In this document: positions 47,619-58,906 of the stretch, one piece after another
Layout: the number at the start of each line of letters is the position of its first letter
How positions within the stretch are numbered: position 1 is the first letter of the stretch
Made by a program: the position numbers and the translations under genes
NCBI GenBank assembly: GCA_038131525.1
Contig: JAYPPP010000002.1
Location: forward strand, 16,913-80,912
Direction: 5' to 3'
From: Gammaproteobacteria bacterium
Lineage (GTDB): Bacteria; Pseudomonadota; Gammaproteobacteria; Arenicellales; UBA868
DNA: 64,000 bases
Notes under the pieces: generated by a model
Seen by the model: only the letters and a program-made list of their open reading frames with translations
Told to the model about the DNA's origin: nothing
The model's database searches: none

Positions 47619-48617
47619 ATGAGATATTTGAAAATAGCGGTTGCAGTGATAGGTATTGCTGTTTTGGCGGGCTGTGCGAGTTCCTCGAGCAGCGGTGTGG
47701 ACCTAACCGTCTCCCGTGGTGACGCTACGGGTCGTTTTGCGGGTACGTATAACGGAACGATCTCGCTGACTTCTTCGGCTGACGTGGTGGGGAAAGGGGT
47801 TTTGGTCGATAATCGGGTCGAGGCCGTTTCTCTTCGAGTCACCGCCGACGGTTTAGTTTCTCACGGTTGAGGGGGTCACGATACCAGGAGTCGTGGACAA
47901 TTTTGGAAATTGGGGTGTGCAAGCCTCGGTTGACGACCTCAAAGGCTTAGTGAGCGAAAAAATATATCCCTTTTGCAAGACGCGCGGGCTGCTCTCTTGG
48001 AACGAAGGCCGCTCGGATACAAGCGGGCAAATTAATCCGCCGTCGATGCGCGGGAACGTCAGCGGCAATTTAAAGTGCAAGCGTACTGAAGTAACGGTAG
48101 CGACACTCAACACTGCCGGTACTCTCTCCGCGTCATCCTCATCCACCACCGCCACCGGACCTGCAGGGCGGATCGAATGCGGCCCCGACGACTCCGGGAA
48201 CTCAAAGATTCAAGCTGGAATTAAAGCAAACGGTACTGCCGTGCGCGGGATGCGGCTGGCTGATTGATTACACCGACGTGGTGATCAAGCACTCCCAAGG
48301 TACTTTAAGAAAACGAGGGCCGGGCTTTATCATCAAAATGGGCAGGCCCAACCCGGTGGTTAATGTGGATTCAGCTCCATCCCCTCAAACGCGACGATTC
48401 AATCCGCCGAGCTTCCTACATGAAATTCAACGTGCATGAAGGGATCGCGAACGGGGACTATTCAAGCGTTGTCGAGGCGTATGGCTGGTTAAACAACAAA
48501 AAGCAACTGGTCGTACCTTATACGCCAAGAAGGACAATCAAAGATCGGGGTTATAGCAAGGCGAATCCATATGTCCCGTTTGATTTCACTGCGTACACGA
48601 AGAAGATTCATAACTAA
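47619..48617 (+). CDS. Lipoprotein of unknown function, tandem copy 2 (frameshifted)
   Basis: MRYLKIAVAVIGIAVLAG-C; same N-domain as copy 1; diverged C-domain with CAGC. Confidence 0.75.
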
Positions 48618-48654
48618 ACCCCAATAGATTTTTTTCTTCGGTAGTAGGGCTTCA

Positions 48655-49525
48655 GTGAACAGTCTGTTTGTCGGCTGTGGCTATGTAGGTCGACAGGTCG
48701 CTGCGCGGGAGGCGATGGACGGCGGTTCGGTGGAAGCCATCGTGCGGACAGACGAGAGTGCAAGCCGGTCAACGCGATGGGTATTGATGCGTGGTGGAGA
48801 CCTGGAAGCGGGGATACCGCGCCACCCAAAGTGGGTGATAAGGTGCTTTACTGGTTTGCCCCGCCCCAGCCCGACGGCATTCAGGATCGGAGAATCGAAA
48901 CTTTCTCGGCTCAATTGATGATCCGCATGGACTTCCGCATCGGGTGGTACTCATCAGCACGACCGGCGTATATGGCGACTGTCAGGGTGATTGGGTAACC
49001 GAAGATCGTGAGCGCCAGCCGCAAACGGGGCGGCTCATCGGCGAGTCGATGCCGAAGATGTCGTGCGTACTGGTGCGGCGCGAACAAGATTACGCTTGCT
49101 GTGCTGCGGGTGCCGGGCATCTACGGGGAGGGAAAGCTTCCGAGCGAATCCGCCAGCGGCGGCCTGTGCTTGCGCCCGAGTTCTGCCCCTGGAGCAATCG
49201 GGTGCATGTTGCGGACCTTATTTCGGCATGCCTGTTGGCAGCTGTATACCGACGCCGGCTGCCGCCTATAGCGCATCAGCGATGGCCATCCATCGACAAT
49301 GACCGACTTTTTTTTCAAGGTCGCAGACGCGGCTGGCCTGGAGGCCACCCTCATTGGATCTCGAAGAAGCAAAGAAATTCTTGAGCTCAGAGATGCAGTC
49401 GTATCTCGACGAATCCAAGCCATTGATAATCGTCTGATGCGAGAGATCATTTGGGCGTTCGGGTGCAGTTCCCGACGTTAGACGCGGGCCTCAGGGAAAT
49501 TTTAGCAAGTCATCGCCGAGGCTAA
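48655..49525 (+). CDS. NAD-dependent epimerase/atypical SDR (YeeZ-like, heavily frameshifted)
   Basis: FVGCGYVG, LISTTGVYGDCQGDWVTE, LRVPGIYG, SNRVHVADL. Confidence 0.82.
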
Positions 49526-50570
49526 TCATGACGAGCGTCGCCAGAAGATTCGAAACAGGAGCGGCGCTGAAAGGACGATGAGGAAGATTCGCCAGATATG
49601 CATCGCGCCCACAAACGCGGTGTCGGCGTGGATGCTGATGGCAATCAGACTCATCTCGACTAGCCCGCCGGGCACGAGTGCAAGCAAAAGCGACATCGGA
49701 TCTGCGCCAAAAATGGGTCCGACCCATTGCGAGACAGTACCGCACCCATGAGCATGAGTGCGGTAGAGATAACCGACACTAAGATCGTTTGCAGGAGATG
49801 GCCGCGACGCAAATTTGAGAACTGAGCCCCGATTGACGTACCGATAACCACCTGTGCCGCAACGGTGACCAAATCTGGAATGGGAGTCGTGATCCACTCA
49901 AGTGGTAGGCGACCGCCGATAACAACATGGGTCCAAGTACCTCAGCAAATGGGAGACGAATGCTGCGCGCTGTAATAAATCCTAGCGCCGCACAGCTCAA
50001 CCATGACCCAATCCGCAGGGCAGGGTTAAGAATATCGATCGGAATACTCGCGGTACGACTCACGAGATCCATCTTCAGCACGAACGTGAAGGTACGTTGG
50101 TACCGCAATGACCACGCAGAAGATGCGGATCATGTGGGCGATGGGGATCAGCTGGTTGTCTCCACCCGCCTCCTCTCCCGCGATCGTCATGGCGCCTAGA
50201 CTCCAGGGGTGCTCGAGAAATAAGCAGTAGGAAGATTCATATCGCCGATATGCCGGTAAAGACCCAAGGAGCTGACGGTCATGGCGATGACGTACAAACT
50301 CACAACGATGGCGAGCACGCTCCATGCGCTTAAATGAGAAATTGTTTCGCCGTTGAAGAAACTGCCAAGCAGTAAACCCATGACCACAAGCATTACGCGC
50401 CGCAGCGTCATGGACCGCTTGAAAGGCGCACCGCTGGCCGCACCAATGGCACCACGACCATTGAGCCCAGCATCCAGAAGCGGGATCGAGAGCGCCTGAA
50501 ATGGCGCCGCCGATCGCTCCGGCGACAAGCGCAGTCAATACGTGTGACGAAAGAGGCGGGATGATCTGAC
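49526..50570 (-). CDS. AbrB-family membrane protein (heavily frameshifted)
   Basis: MGLLLGSFF, TAYFSSTPG..GAM, LGPMLLSA, AQVVIGTSIG, PGGLVEMSLIA. Confidence 0.8.
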
Positions 50571-50583
50571 TGCGTATCAGGAA

Positions 50584-51564
50584 TTAGCGCGCTGATCCAG
50601 CAGAGGAGTCATCAGCCTCCTCCACCAGGCCGGAAAGAGCGCCGGCCAGAACATGGCGTAATAACCCGCTGGCAAGGAGGTGCATCGGCGTATGGGCGAA
50701 GCTCCCAGAAGGGAAGACCGGCGTGGATGTGGTGGAGGGGTGTCGCGTCAACTCCAGCAGTGTCCAACGTGACCACCGTGATTCGGATTGCCACGCGTGT
50801 TGTTCGTTCACACGCTGTGAGGAATCACGCGAAGACCATAATGACGAATGTAATTTACATATTCGAGGAGGAAGATGCTGGAACGCTTGCGCGACTAATG
50901 CAACAGAGGCGCCGATCGAGAACACTAGGCAGACGATGACGATAAGCAGGACCGCAGATAGACCCCAGGTCACCGTGTTGAGCCCTAGAGGCGCTCGTCG
51001 TTTTTGAGCGGCGATACGCCATGCGCTCTTAAATTGTTGGGGAATCGTAAAAACCAGCTGTTGCCAGAGGTTGCGCTCACGCGGCGCGCTGGCAGGATCG
51101 TCCACTGTGGCGACAGCGGGGTGATGGTGCCTGTTGTGCTCCAGGGTGAAATGACTGTACAGGACGAGGAGCAAATTCCAACGGGCCAGCCAGGGATCAA
51201 TCCAGTGGGTGCGACTGTGGCCCAGCTCGTGGGCGACGATAATGCCGCTGATGCCGCTCGATACACCGGCGCTTAGAACTGCTCCGGCCGTTGCCCAGGA
51301 AAGAGCGTGTCTATCCCCATATTGGCAGAGCGTGAAAACGACCGCGCTGTGCGCTATGACATGTAAATAGAGCAGCAGGTGAGGGTAAGGAAGGCGGGTC
51401 GTTGCGCTCTTTTTCCCGCGTCACGCCCAGGAGAAGATCAAGTAGGGATAAACAACCAACACCAGGAAGGCGCCAAGAAGCGGCCTTCGGAGACATATCC
51501 GAAGACTGTAGCAGGGGCGCGACCAGGCTAAACAGGTGGCATAGCGAGGCGCCGCTCGTTGCAT
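50584..51564 (-). CDS. alkB: Membrane diiron alkane 1-monooxygenase / desaturase-like protein (heavily frameshifted)
   Basis: His boxes across frames: AHELGH, HFTLEHNRHHH...ATVDDPASA, NYIRHYG, LLELTRH..HH. Confidence 0.7.
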
Positions 51565-51599
51565 CAAGCCGTTTGATCCAAGCCAATCGCGGATCGATC

Positions 51600-53053
51600 T
51601 TATCGGTCAGGATTCTTTTGCGCGCGGACTCGGAAAGCGGCACTAAGAAAGCCAATGGATCTTTGAGGATAGTGTCTCGCGCGTCTGATAATGAAGCGCA
51701 TCCGGCATAGTAACGGCGGATCACAGATGTCCGCGGATTCGTGAGGATGTCCACAACGCTACCCCGATAGGGCACACGAATTTCCTGACCTTCCGGCGGC
51801 GTCGCGAGGGCTTCTCGATCGCATCGGAGTCGTTGTTCATAAAGCGATTCCATGACGGCTTCGGGGAGGTCATGCCTCGGTATATTTTCTTTTGACTAGT
51901 CGGGTTGCCGGATCTTCTATCACGCGACCGGGTGCCTCGTCTGTGCCCGGAAAGCGCTGCCCACATCACGGTGTCAGCGCCGCAGGCCAACGCGAGAAAA
52001 ATATCCTGTCAAACGAACGCCCACCGTCTGCCATGATTGAAATCTCGCCACCGACCTCGCACCACGCCTCGCGAATCGCCTGCAGTTGGGGAACGCCCGC
52101 TGCTGTCTCGAGCCGTGTTCGACATCCGCGCCCGGGTCCCACGCCGACCTTCACGGCATCGGCGCCGATGTCGCGCATAAACCGTGCGCCTATCCGGTAG
52201 CGACATTGCCGCAAACCAACGGGATATCGGCGAATTCGGCCCGAAGACGTTCGACACCTTTACGCATGACCTCCGAGTGACCATGGGCAATATCCACGAA
52301 AAGGCAATCCGCACCGGCGGCGAGTAGCGCATGGGCGCGCTCCATGTAGTCTCCGGCGCATCCCACAGCAGCGCCAGCCAGAAGTCGCCCTTTGAGATCC
52401 GCTCGCAAACGGACGCTCCGGAGAAATCGAACATCCTTGCGTGTGATTAGGCCTCGAATTCGACGCTCCTCATCAACCAAGGGTAATCGCTCCAATGCGG
52501 CCTTCAAACATGATGCGCTCGGCGTCATCGGTAGTGACATCGGGTCGGCGGTTTTCAGTTTTTCAAATGGCGTCATGAATCGTTCGATTTTTCTACATCC
52601 AGCGCACGATCCCAGGGGATGTCTCTTCGAGTCAGGACGCCCGCCAGAGTCCCGCTCCCTGATGCGGTCTCAATCAATATGCCGTTGATTTTATGGCGGC
52701 GCGCAAAGACCTCGCCTGCCCAATCGTTGGGTCCAGCGGCAAGGTTCGCGGATGCTCGATGACCGCACTGTGGCTACGTTTGACCTCGGTCACGGTTGCA
52801 CATTGCCGCTCGATGGTCTGGCCGCGGTGAATAACGCCAAGTCCGCCTTCCAGTGCCATGGTCTCTGCCATATCGCCACCGGTTACGCTGTCCATATTGG
52901 AAGAAAACAATAGGCAGCTCCCAGCGCTAGGCGCGATGTCAGCTGAACCGAAGGGGAATCGGATCGGGTTTCAGTGATCCCTTTTGCGGCCTAAACAGGA
53001 AGTCGTCGAAGGTCTTTCCAATCCCACAGTGGATCGAGTGGGGAAGAAGGCAT
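51600..53053 (-). CDS. IMP dehydrogenase/GMP reductase family protein with CBS domains (frameshifted)
   Basis: TFDDFL, SSNMDSVT, GGLGVIHR, CBS LPLVDE...GLITRKD, VDIAHGHS, GNVAT, VKVGVGPGRGCRTR, YRGM, PEG..IRVPYRG. Confidence 0.85.
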
Positions 53054-53149
53054 GACTCGGCTCGGTCGTGTCGCGACCTACCAGGGGCGAGGGCTCTAAG
53101 GGAGCCGCAAATATTAAGTCCGCGGCCCCCAAGTCTCAAGAGAGTGTGC

Positions 53150-53960
53150 CTAGGCGGCCGCGGGATGCCGACCCGGCGTCAGCCCAAAGCTGGCCGCTAA
53201 CCGCTGAGTGGGTGAATCATGCAAACAGATGGCATCGGCAATCTCGTCCGGTCGAATCAGTCGCCCCAGCTGCGTATCGGGAAGAATATTCTGTTCAACA
53301 TAGCCGTCGGGCATCCCGAAGTAGACGTGTCAACAAAGCCAGGATGAATAACACCGGTGCGCACACCGTGGAACATGGCTTCCTTCATCAGCGTGGATGC
53401 AGCGCCCTCCAAGACCCGCCTTGATGCTGGCATAGGACACCTGCCCCGGTTCCCCTGGGAAGAAACGGAGCAATAAAAATCACCGTTCCTGAACATTTTC
53501 TTCCGCCCGCCATTTCTTAAGACCTCGGTTTCTTTCGACCGCAATCCTTGCGATCATCTCCATCGCCCAATAGACCGGGTGTATGAGATTTACCTCTAAG
53601 ACCTGACGAAAAACCCAGCGGGGTAGATGTTGGCATCACCCGAATCGCGCTCGATTTTGACCGCGAGCCGGTCGCGGAAAATGCCTGCAGCCGGTACGGT
53701 GATCTGCACGATCCCAAAGCGATCGGTTGCCTCATCAAAAACTTGCGCGCGAAAACTTTCGTCCGGTCACATCACCCGCACAGGCAATCGCAATATCTTT
53801 CTCTGCGGTTTGATTAATTTCGAGCCAATACATCGAGCGACTCACGGTTTAAAATCAACCAGCGCGATGCCCTTAACGCCTTGGTTTACTGTTCGAGTGC
53901 TGTGGCGCGGCCAATGCCTGGCGGCACCGTCACGATCGCGACTTTTTCTTTGATACGCAT
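53150..53960 (-). CDS. SDR family oxidoreductase (heavily frameshifted)
   Basis: MRIKEKVAIVTG..., SVSSQGNRG, FHGVRTGVIHPGFVDT. Confidence 0.72.
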
Positions 53961-54158
53961 TTAGCCTCCCGGCTGAGTGTGGCCACCGTGCATCGAAAAT
54001 GCGGATCGCCAAGATTGAAACTCGCGTGGTGCACGCACCATTAATAATGTCAACCGGAAGATAAGTGATTAAATAATCTGATTTTGAGCTTTTATTTCTC
54101 TTTCCAAGTTGTGTCATGAAGATCAATTGCGCATTGCACAAATAGCTTTTGTGCAGGA

Positions 54159-54761
54159 TCAGATCGCGACACGGATGGCGAGCGCTACAAGAATAACGCC
54201 GAAGACACGATCGAGAACGAGGGCGGGTTCGGAGCCAAGTCAAAAGCCTTGATTGTGAGAGAACGAGTGCAACGACGATATACCAGATCGCGTCGATGAT
54301 CCCCGCTGTCAAGGCCATTATGATTTTCTCGGTGATACCCGCTTCCGGCCGAACAAATTGGCTGAACAATGCCAGAAAAAAAGCGCGATTTTGGAGTTGG
54401 AGATCGCTATCAGAAATCCTGTGCGAGCCGCCGAATGATGAAGCGCTGATGTGTTGCTACAGAGCGCTTCGCTTGCAGCGGATCGGCTTTGAAGCTTTTA
54501 ATACCCAGATATAAGAGCAGTACTGCACCGCCGTATCGAATCGCATCGAAAAGTGCCGGGTGCTGGGTAATGACGAGGCCAATACCCGCAGCGGTGAGTC
54601 CGGCCAAATGACAATGCCCAAGCCGTGCGCGATACCGGTGATGACGCCTTGCATCCGCCCACCGGTTAAGGTGTTCTGACGACAACCGCCAAACTCGCCC
54701 CCGGGGACATGGCGCCGAATATGCAGACTAACGACATCGAGAGCCAAAGTGTTAACGGCAT
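54159..54761 (-). CDS. LysE/RhtB family translocator (frameshifted)
   Basis: GAMSPG, GIAHGLGI, IRYGGAVLLLYLG, FFLALFSQF, WYIVVAL. Confidence 0.85.
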
Positions 54762-54799
54762 AGGCTGACTTGCTTTACTCTAAAATCTAGAATATCCGT

Positions 54800-55050
54800 A
54801 TTCCAGTCGATCCCCAAAGCCCCTGCTCCAAGATAGTCGACTACGCTGATCCTTTATTCCCGTGAGGGCTGCCATCTCTGTGAGGACATGTTGGACCAAC
54901 TGGACTGAGCTTCAAAGCGATGGTTTTGCGGTTGAGGTGCGTGATGTCGATACCAATCCCCATGGTTGAGGCAGTTCGGGGAACTTGTGCCGATTACTCT
55001 TTTCAGATAATCAGGAGATTTCCAGGTACTTTCTGGATTTTAAAGACCCT
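54800..55050 (+). CDS. Glutaredoxin-like protein (DUF836 type, frameshifted)
   Basis: LILYSREGCHLCEDML at ~54846-54893, then VRDVD...FGELVP; boundaries uncertain. Confidence 0.7.
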
Positions 55051-55169
55051 AATGGAAAAATAAAAAAATATATAAAACATATATTTATAGATTAAATCAA
55101 GAAAAAGTTCGACATTTATGTATAGTTACCGGCCTTTTTCTCGACGATTTAGCGTTCCCGGAACATGTG

Positions 55170-56030
55170 ATGTCCGAACAAATCCAAAATCAAGGCCGGG
55201 CGACCGCCCAAATTATATGTGGCGTCTGTCTCGCCGGATTTCTGATCGTGCTCCGATGCAAAGACCCAAAGCAGTTCCGGACTGCTGAATCAACCGGGTG
55301 AGGTTGCGACGTTGGTTGAATTGCGGGACCTCAGCCCGCAAGGTGCGATAGAGCGATTACGGTCGATCGGTTTTAAGGGGCAAGTCGAGATCGTTGATAA
55401 CGAGGGCTGTGCGCCCGGGAATGGCCGGGAAAAAGTTTATCGTCATCGAGCCTTCGCTGGGTGCGGATGTGGCGTTGATGAGTCGATACTGTTGTACTCC
55501 AGGTTGCTTCGATGTGGTTTTTTGATCATCGAAGGCAAAGGCGGATTGACTGTGCTGGACTCTCCGCGGAACGAACCGATCAGCCTAACCGCTTCAACCT
55601 CAAGGCTTACAATGTCTCGATTTCACAGCGGTCCCAGAGGGCCGGATATGTGCTGGATGATGTGATGATCAATGGCGAGAAGATGTTGTTGTTGGTCTCT
55701 GCGGGCTCGAGCTTTCGCATCCCGGAGATTGTGAAGGATCACTCGGTCGAGATCCGATTCGTCCGAGATTGCAGCGGATCCAGGAGCCGTCGCCCCCTGT
55801 CACACATACGATTATCTCGACGGTTTTGTTCGGTGCGTGCACTATTTCGCCGCTTGGCGCGATCGTATAACGAAGGCGCAAACCAGCAACCCCAATCACC
55901 CCCGACCGCAGGAGTGGTACAGAACGCTAAGCACGTAGATGGCGCGCCGGTTGCGTGTAATCAAGCCGGGTGTACCCATACCTTTACCGATGTCAGAAGC
56001 GACCATTCTCTTGAAGTGATTTGCAGCTGA
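55170..56030 (+). CDS. Probable exported protein with PASTA-like and InlB-B-repeat-like segments (frameshifted)
   Basis: LVELRDLSPQGAIERLRSIGF; two units ending GYVLDDVMING...IPEIVKDHSVEIRF and VDGAPV...HTFTDVRSDHSLEV. Confidence 0.5.
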
Positions 56031-56149
56031 AGTCCCGCTTGAAAAACCTAAAGAATCGTGTTGACGCGTGAGCGAGCGCAGGCCGTCAGACTGATAAGCC
56101 AACCTTCAGACGCTGGAATAGAGATAGAGATCAATATGGCGTTGGTCGC

Positions 56150-56340
56150 TCAGAAACTTACTCAGACTTTTTCGTCTTTCGCAATGAGATCGTGATACTG
56201 CGCGATGAGTCGTTTTTCATAGGCGCTGTCGCCGTCAAAGCCCATTTGCTCTAAACGGGTCTCGAGAAGCTTAATATCGGGCCAAGGATGTCACGAAGAT
56301 CATTTGCTGGGCTATGCATCGGTGCTGAACTCAGATTCAT
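56150..56340 (-). CDS. Small hypothetical coiled-coil protein (frameshifted)
   Basis: DIKLLETRLEQMGFDGDSAYEKRLIAQYHDLIA readable on the minus strand. Confidence 0.45.
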
Positions 56341-56428
56341 AATGTGCCTTCTGAAGTGGGTCGTGAAGCACACACACTAAACCTATTTTTGACAATACGA
56401 TGACACCGTGGTGACGCGTTTGGCCGTC

Positions 56429-57202
56429 ATGCCTGTCCTTCAACTAGCAGCCGGGGTTCTAGAGATCGCTGTTCTATATCGCACCCGACACCAGGGCATC
56501 TCTATGAGATTCGGGCAGCAGGCTCAACCCGCCGGCTTTATCGCGACGGCGTGTTGCACATCAGTTCAATCCGCGACGGATCGCTACGGGTAGCGTGTGG
56601 ATCTGCTCTGGCTCGGTGTTTTTCAACCCCCGGCCCGCACCGAGGCGAGCACTCCTGTTGGGACTGGGTGGGGTACAGCGGCGACTCAATTGCAGGCGCT
56701 ATTTCCGAAGATCGCCATCACAGCAGTTGAGATGGATGCGATTCATATTCAGCTTGCCACCCGGCATTTTGGGATCGACTCGAGCCGGGCCAATATCCAT
56801 CATGGGGATGCCCGCGACTTCATGAGCGAGTATCAAGGCCGCCCTTTGATCTCATCATCGATGATCTTTTTCCGGAAGCTCCGGTATGCCGTCCGGGCGG
56901 TACCTTGTTCCGCAGCCTGGCTCCGTGGCCTTGAGAGGCCTGAGCGAGGACGGTACTTTAAGCGTGAATTTCTGAATCTTGGAGTTGAAAACGTCAGGAA
57001 TCCGAACCATTCTCGCAGAGCAAAAAACGGTTCAAACAGGCCTACGGCTTTCGTCACCCAAGCCTTGAAAACGTAATCGCTACGCTTTTAACGTCACGTT
57101 CAAAGCCTGATGACCTCGGGCGCAGATTTTATCGGTGCCCTCGCTCGAACGCCTTGCGCCGCGATTCAGCTGCGTTATCGGGGTGGAGTTAAAACCTCGT
57201 TA
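56429..57202 (+). CDS. Spermidine synthase-like SAM-dependent methyltransferase (frameshifted)
   Basis: RALLLGLGGG, ITAVEMDAIHIQLATRHFG, HHGDARDFM, LIIDDLF. Confidence 0.75.
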
Positions 57203-57235
57203 GACTCGTTTTCTTAAGCAGAACACACAAGGAAG

Positions 57236-57496
57236 TTGAAGCGCTTATGCGTGGTTTCGTACCGCCCGACGAGCAGACGGGTATCCAGTGAGCAATGGGC
57301 GGTGGTGTACATGCCCGGCCGTAATCGAAAACGATACCCTGAAACTGCGTTCAGATCATGGATTCGGAAAGCGAAGCAAAGCTGCCGCTCGGCCCGCCCA
57401 GCGGTTGTTCCCAGCACGGGTGCTGGGGCCCCAAAGTCGTCGGAAGGCCAGATCGTGTTTTACTTGGTCGAATGGTTATCGACCAGCGACCTTTAA
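57236..57496 (+). CDS. Small hypothetical protein (frameshifted)
   Basis: WAVVYMPGRNRKRYPE...ARVLGP.KSSEGQIVFYLVEWL; RBS AAGGA upstream. Confidence 0.5.
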   Translation: MKRLCVVSYRPTSRRVSSEQWAVVYMPGRNRKRYPETAFRSWIRKAKQSCRSARPAVVPSTGAGAPKSSEGQIVFYLVEWLSTSDL

Positions 57497-57504
57497 AGCA
57501 GGCT

Positions 57505-58906
57505 TTTAATTCGGCAAGCGCGTCCAAGGCGCGTCGTCGCCCGACCTCAGGCTGCACGATGGGGTGGGGATAATCGGTCCCGAGGCGAATGCCCGCGTCG
57601 GACAACACCCTTCGGGTGCGGTCCAAGGGGCGTGAATGTATTTGTCGGGAGCGCAGTGATCTCAGGTACCCAGCGACGAACGTAAGCGGCGTTGGGATCA
57701 AATTTGGCCCTGCAGAACGGGGTTGAATACCCGAAAGGTGCATCGGCGCCGCACCCGCGACCCACTGCCAGCCAGCCGCGTTATTCGGAAGATCGGCGTC
57801 CACAAGCGTATCCAGAACCAATCCTGACCGTCTCGCCAGTCGACCAGAAGGTGCTTGACCAGCACAGACGCCGCAACCATGCGAACGCGGTTATGCATCC
57901 AGCCCGTGTGCCACAACTGGCGCATACCTGCATCGACAATCGGAAGCCGGTCTTTCCCTGCTGCCAGCGGCGCAGCGCTTTAGAAGTCCTTTTGCGCCAC
58001 GGAAATTTTTCGAATTCCGGTCGAAATGATTTTTCGGGCAGTTGTGGAAAATGAAAAAGCAGATGGGCGCTGAACTCACGCCAGCCGAGTTCGCGTTGAA
58101 AACGACAGAGCACCGCTGCTGGATCGGGTTTTGCCAGTAGTCGCCACCGCGTAGGCCTGGGCGACGCTAATGTTACCGAAAATGCGGTAGGGCGAGAGCC
58201 TCGAGGTGTCGTCTTGTGCTGGAAAATTGCGCCCCGCGTCATAGCCTTGGGCGCGCTTTAAAATTCTCGGAGGGCGGGCCTGGCCGCCATGCTCACCCGG
58301 TTGCCAATGCTGTGAAAATCCGGCCGCCCAATTCGGTTTTGTGGGGAGCAGCTGCCACTGGGCCAGATTCTCGCTGCTGGGTCCTTGTCGACAAAACGGA
58401 CTGGGACGGTATCGGATGGGGCCCGCATTTTCTGTTTGTGGGTAAGGCAGTTCTTCCAGAACGGTGTGAAGACCAAAGGCGTTCCGGTCTGACTCCGAAT
58501 ATCGCCAGGATCAAACAGCAGATTGCCTTCAAAGCCCTCTGAGCCGATCCCGAGTTCTTCTAGGCGGGCTTTAAGCGATTTCTCATCTTTTCGATCCAGA
58601 GCTTCCACTGATCCCGAGACCAGTAAACAGCAGAGGCTCCGGTTGTTTTAGCGAGTTCGGTGAGGACCTCTACCGGGTCACCGGTCCGAAGGACCAGCCG
58701 GCCACCGGCCTTCTTGTATCACTTTCAAGTTCCTGAAGAGAGTGGTGGAGCCACCAGCGGCTGGCAGCTCCGGGCAGCCAATTACGCTGACTCTGATTCG
58801 GACATAGCAGGGAATCACGAGGCGATCGCCATAGGCGGCTGCGGATAGCGGGGTGGTCGCTTAACCGAAGATCCTGGCGAAACCAAACGATGATGATCTG
58901 GCTCAT
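57505..58906 (-). CDS. phrB: Deoxyribodipyrimidine photolyase (heavily frameshifted)
   Basis: IVWFRQDLRLSDHPA, VFTPFWK, RELGWREFS, MRQLWHTGWMHNRVRMVAAS, LVDADLPNNAAGWQWVAG, DYPHPIV. Confidence 0.92.

Larger units (their letters stand above)
46385..48617 (+). repeat. Tandem direct duplication (~1.18 kb offset) covering the channel 3' end and the lipoprotein gene
   Basis: tgcgattccctc.gg.cttgttgcctcggctttgggtcgcgttagagag.ctgaaaa occurs at ~46385 and ~47562; near-identity runs to ~47020 / ~48200, then becomes patchy. Confidence 0.92.

Noticed and set aside
46443-48617. Diversity-generating retroelement (TR/VR pair)
   Set aside because: Differences are not adenine-specific, extend over hundreds of bp with indels, and there is no reverse transcriptase in the window.
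49526-50570. Ammonia monooxygenase
   Set aside because: AbrB-family membrane proteins often carry this misleading label; no amoCAB features are present.
54135-54155. NtrC site (TGCACAAA-TAGCT-TTTGTGCA)
   Set aside because: Half-site spacing is 4 bp longer than the NtrC consensus and it lies right after the LysE stop; more likely a 3' hairpin, though an operator is not excluded.
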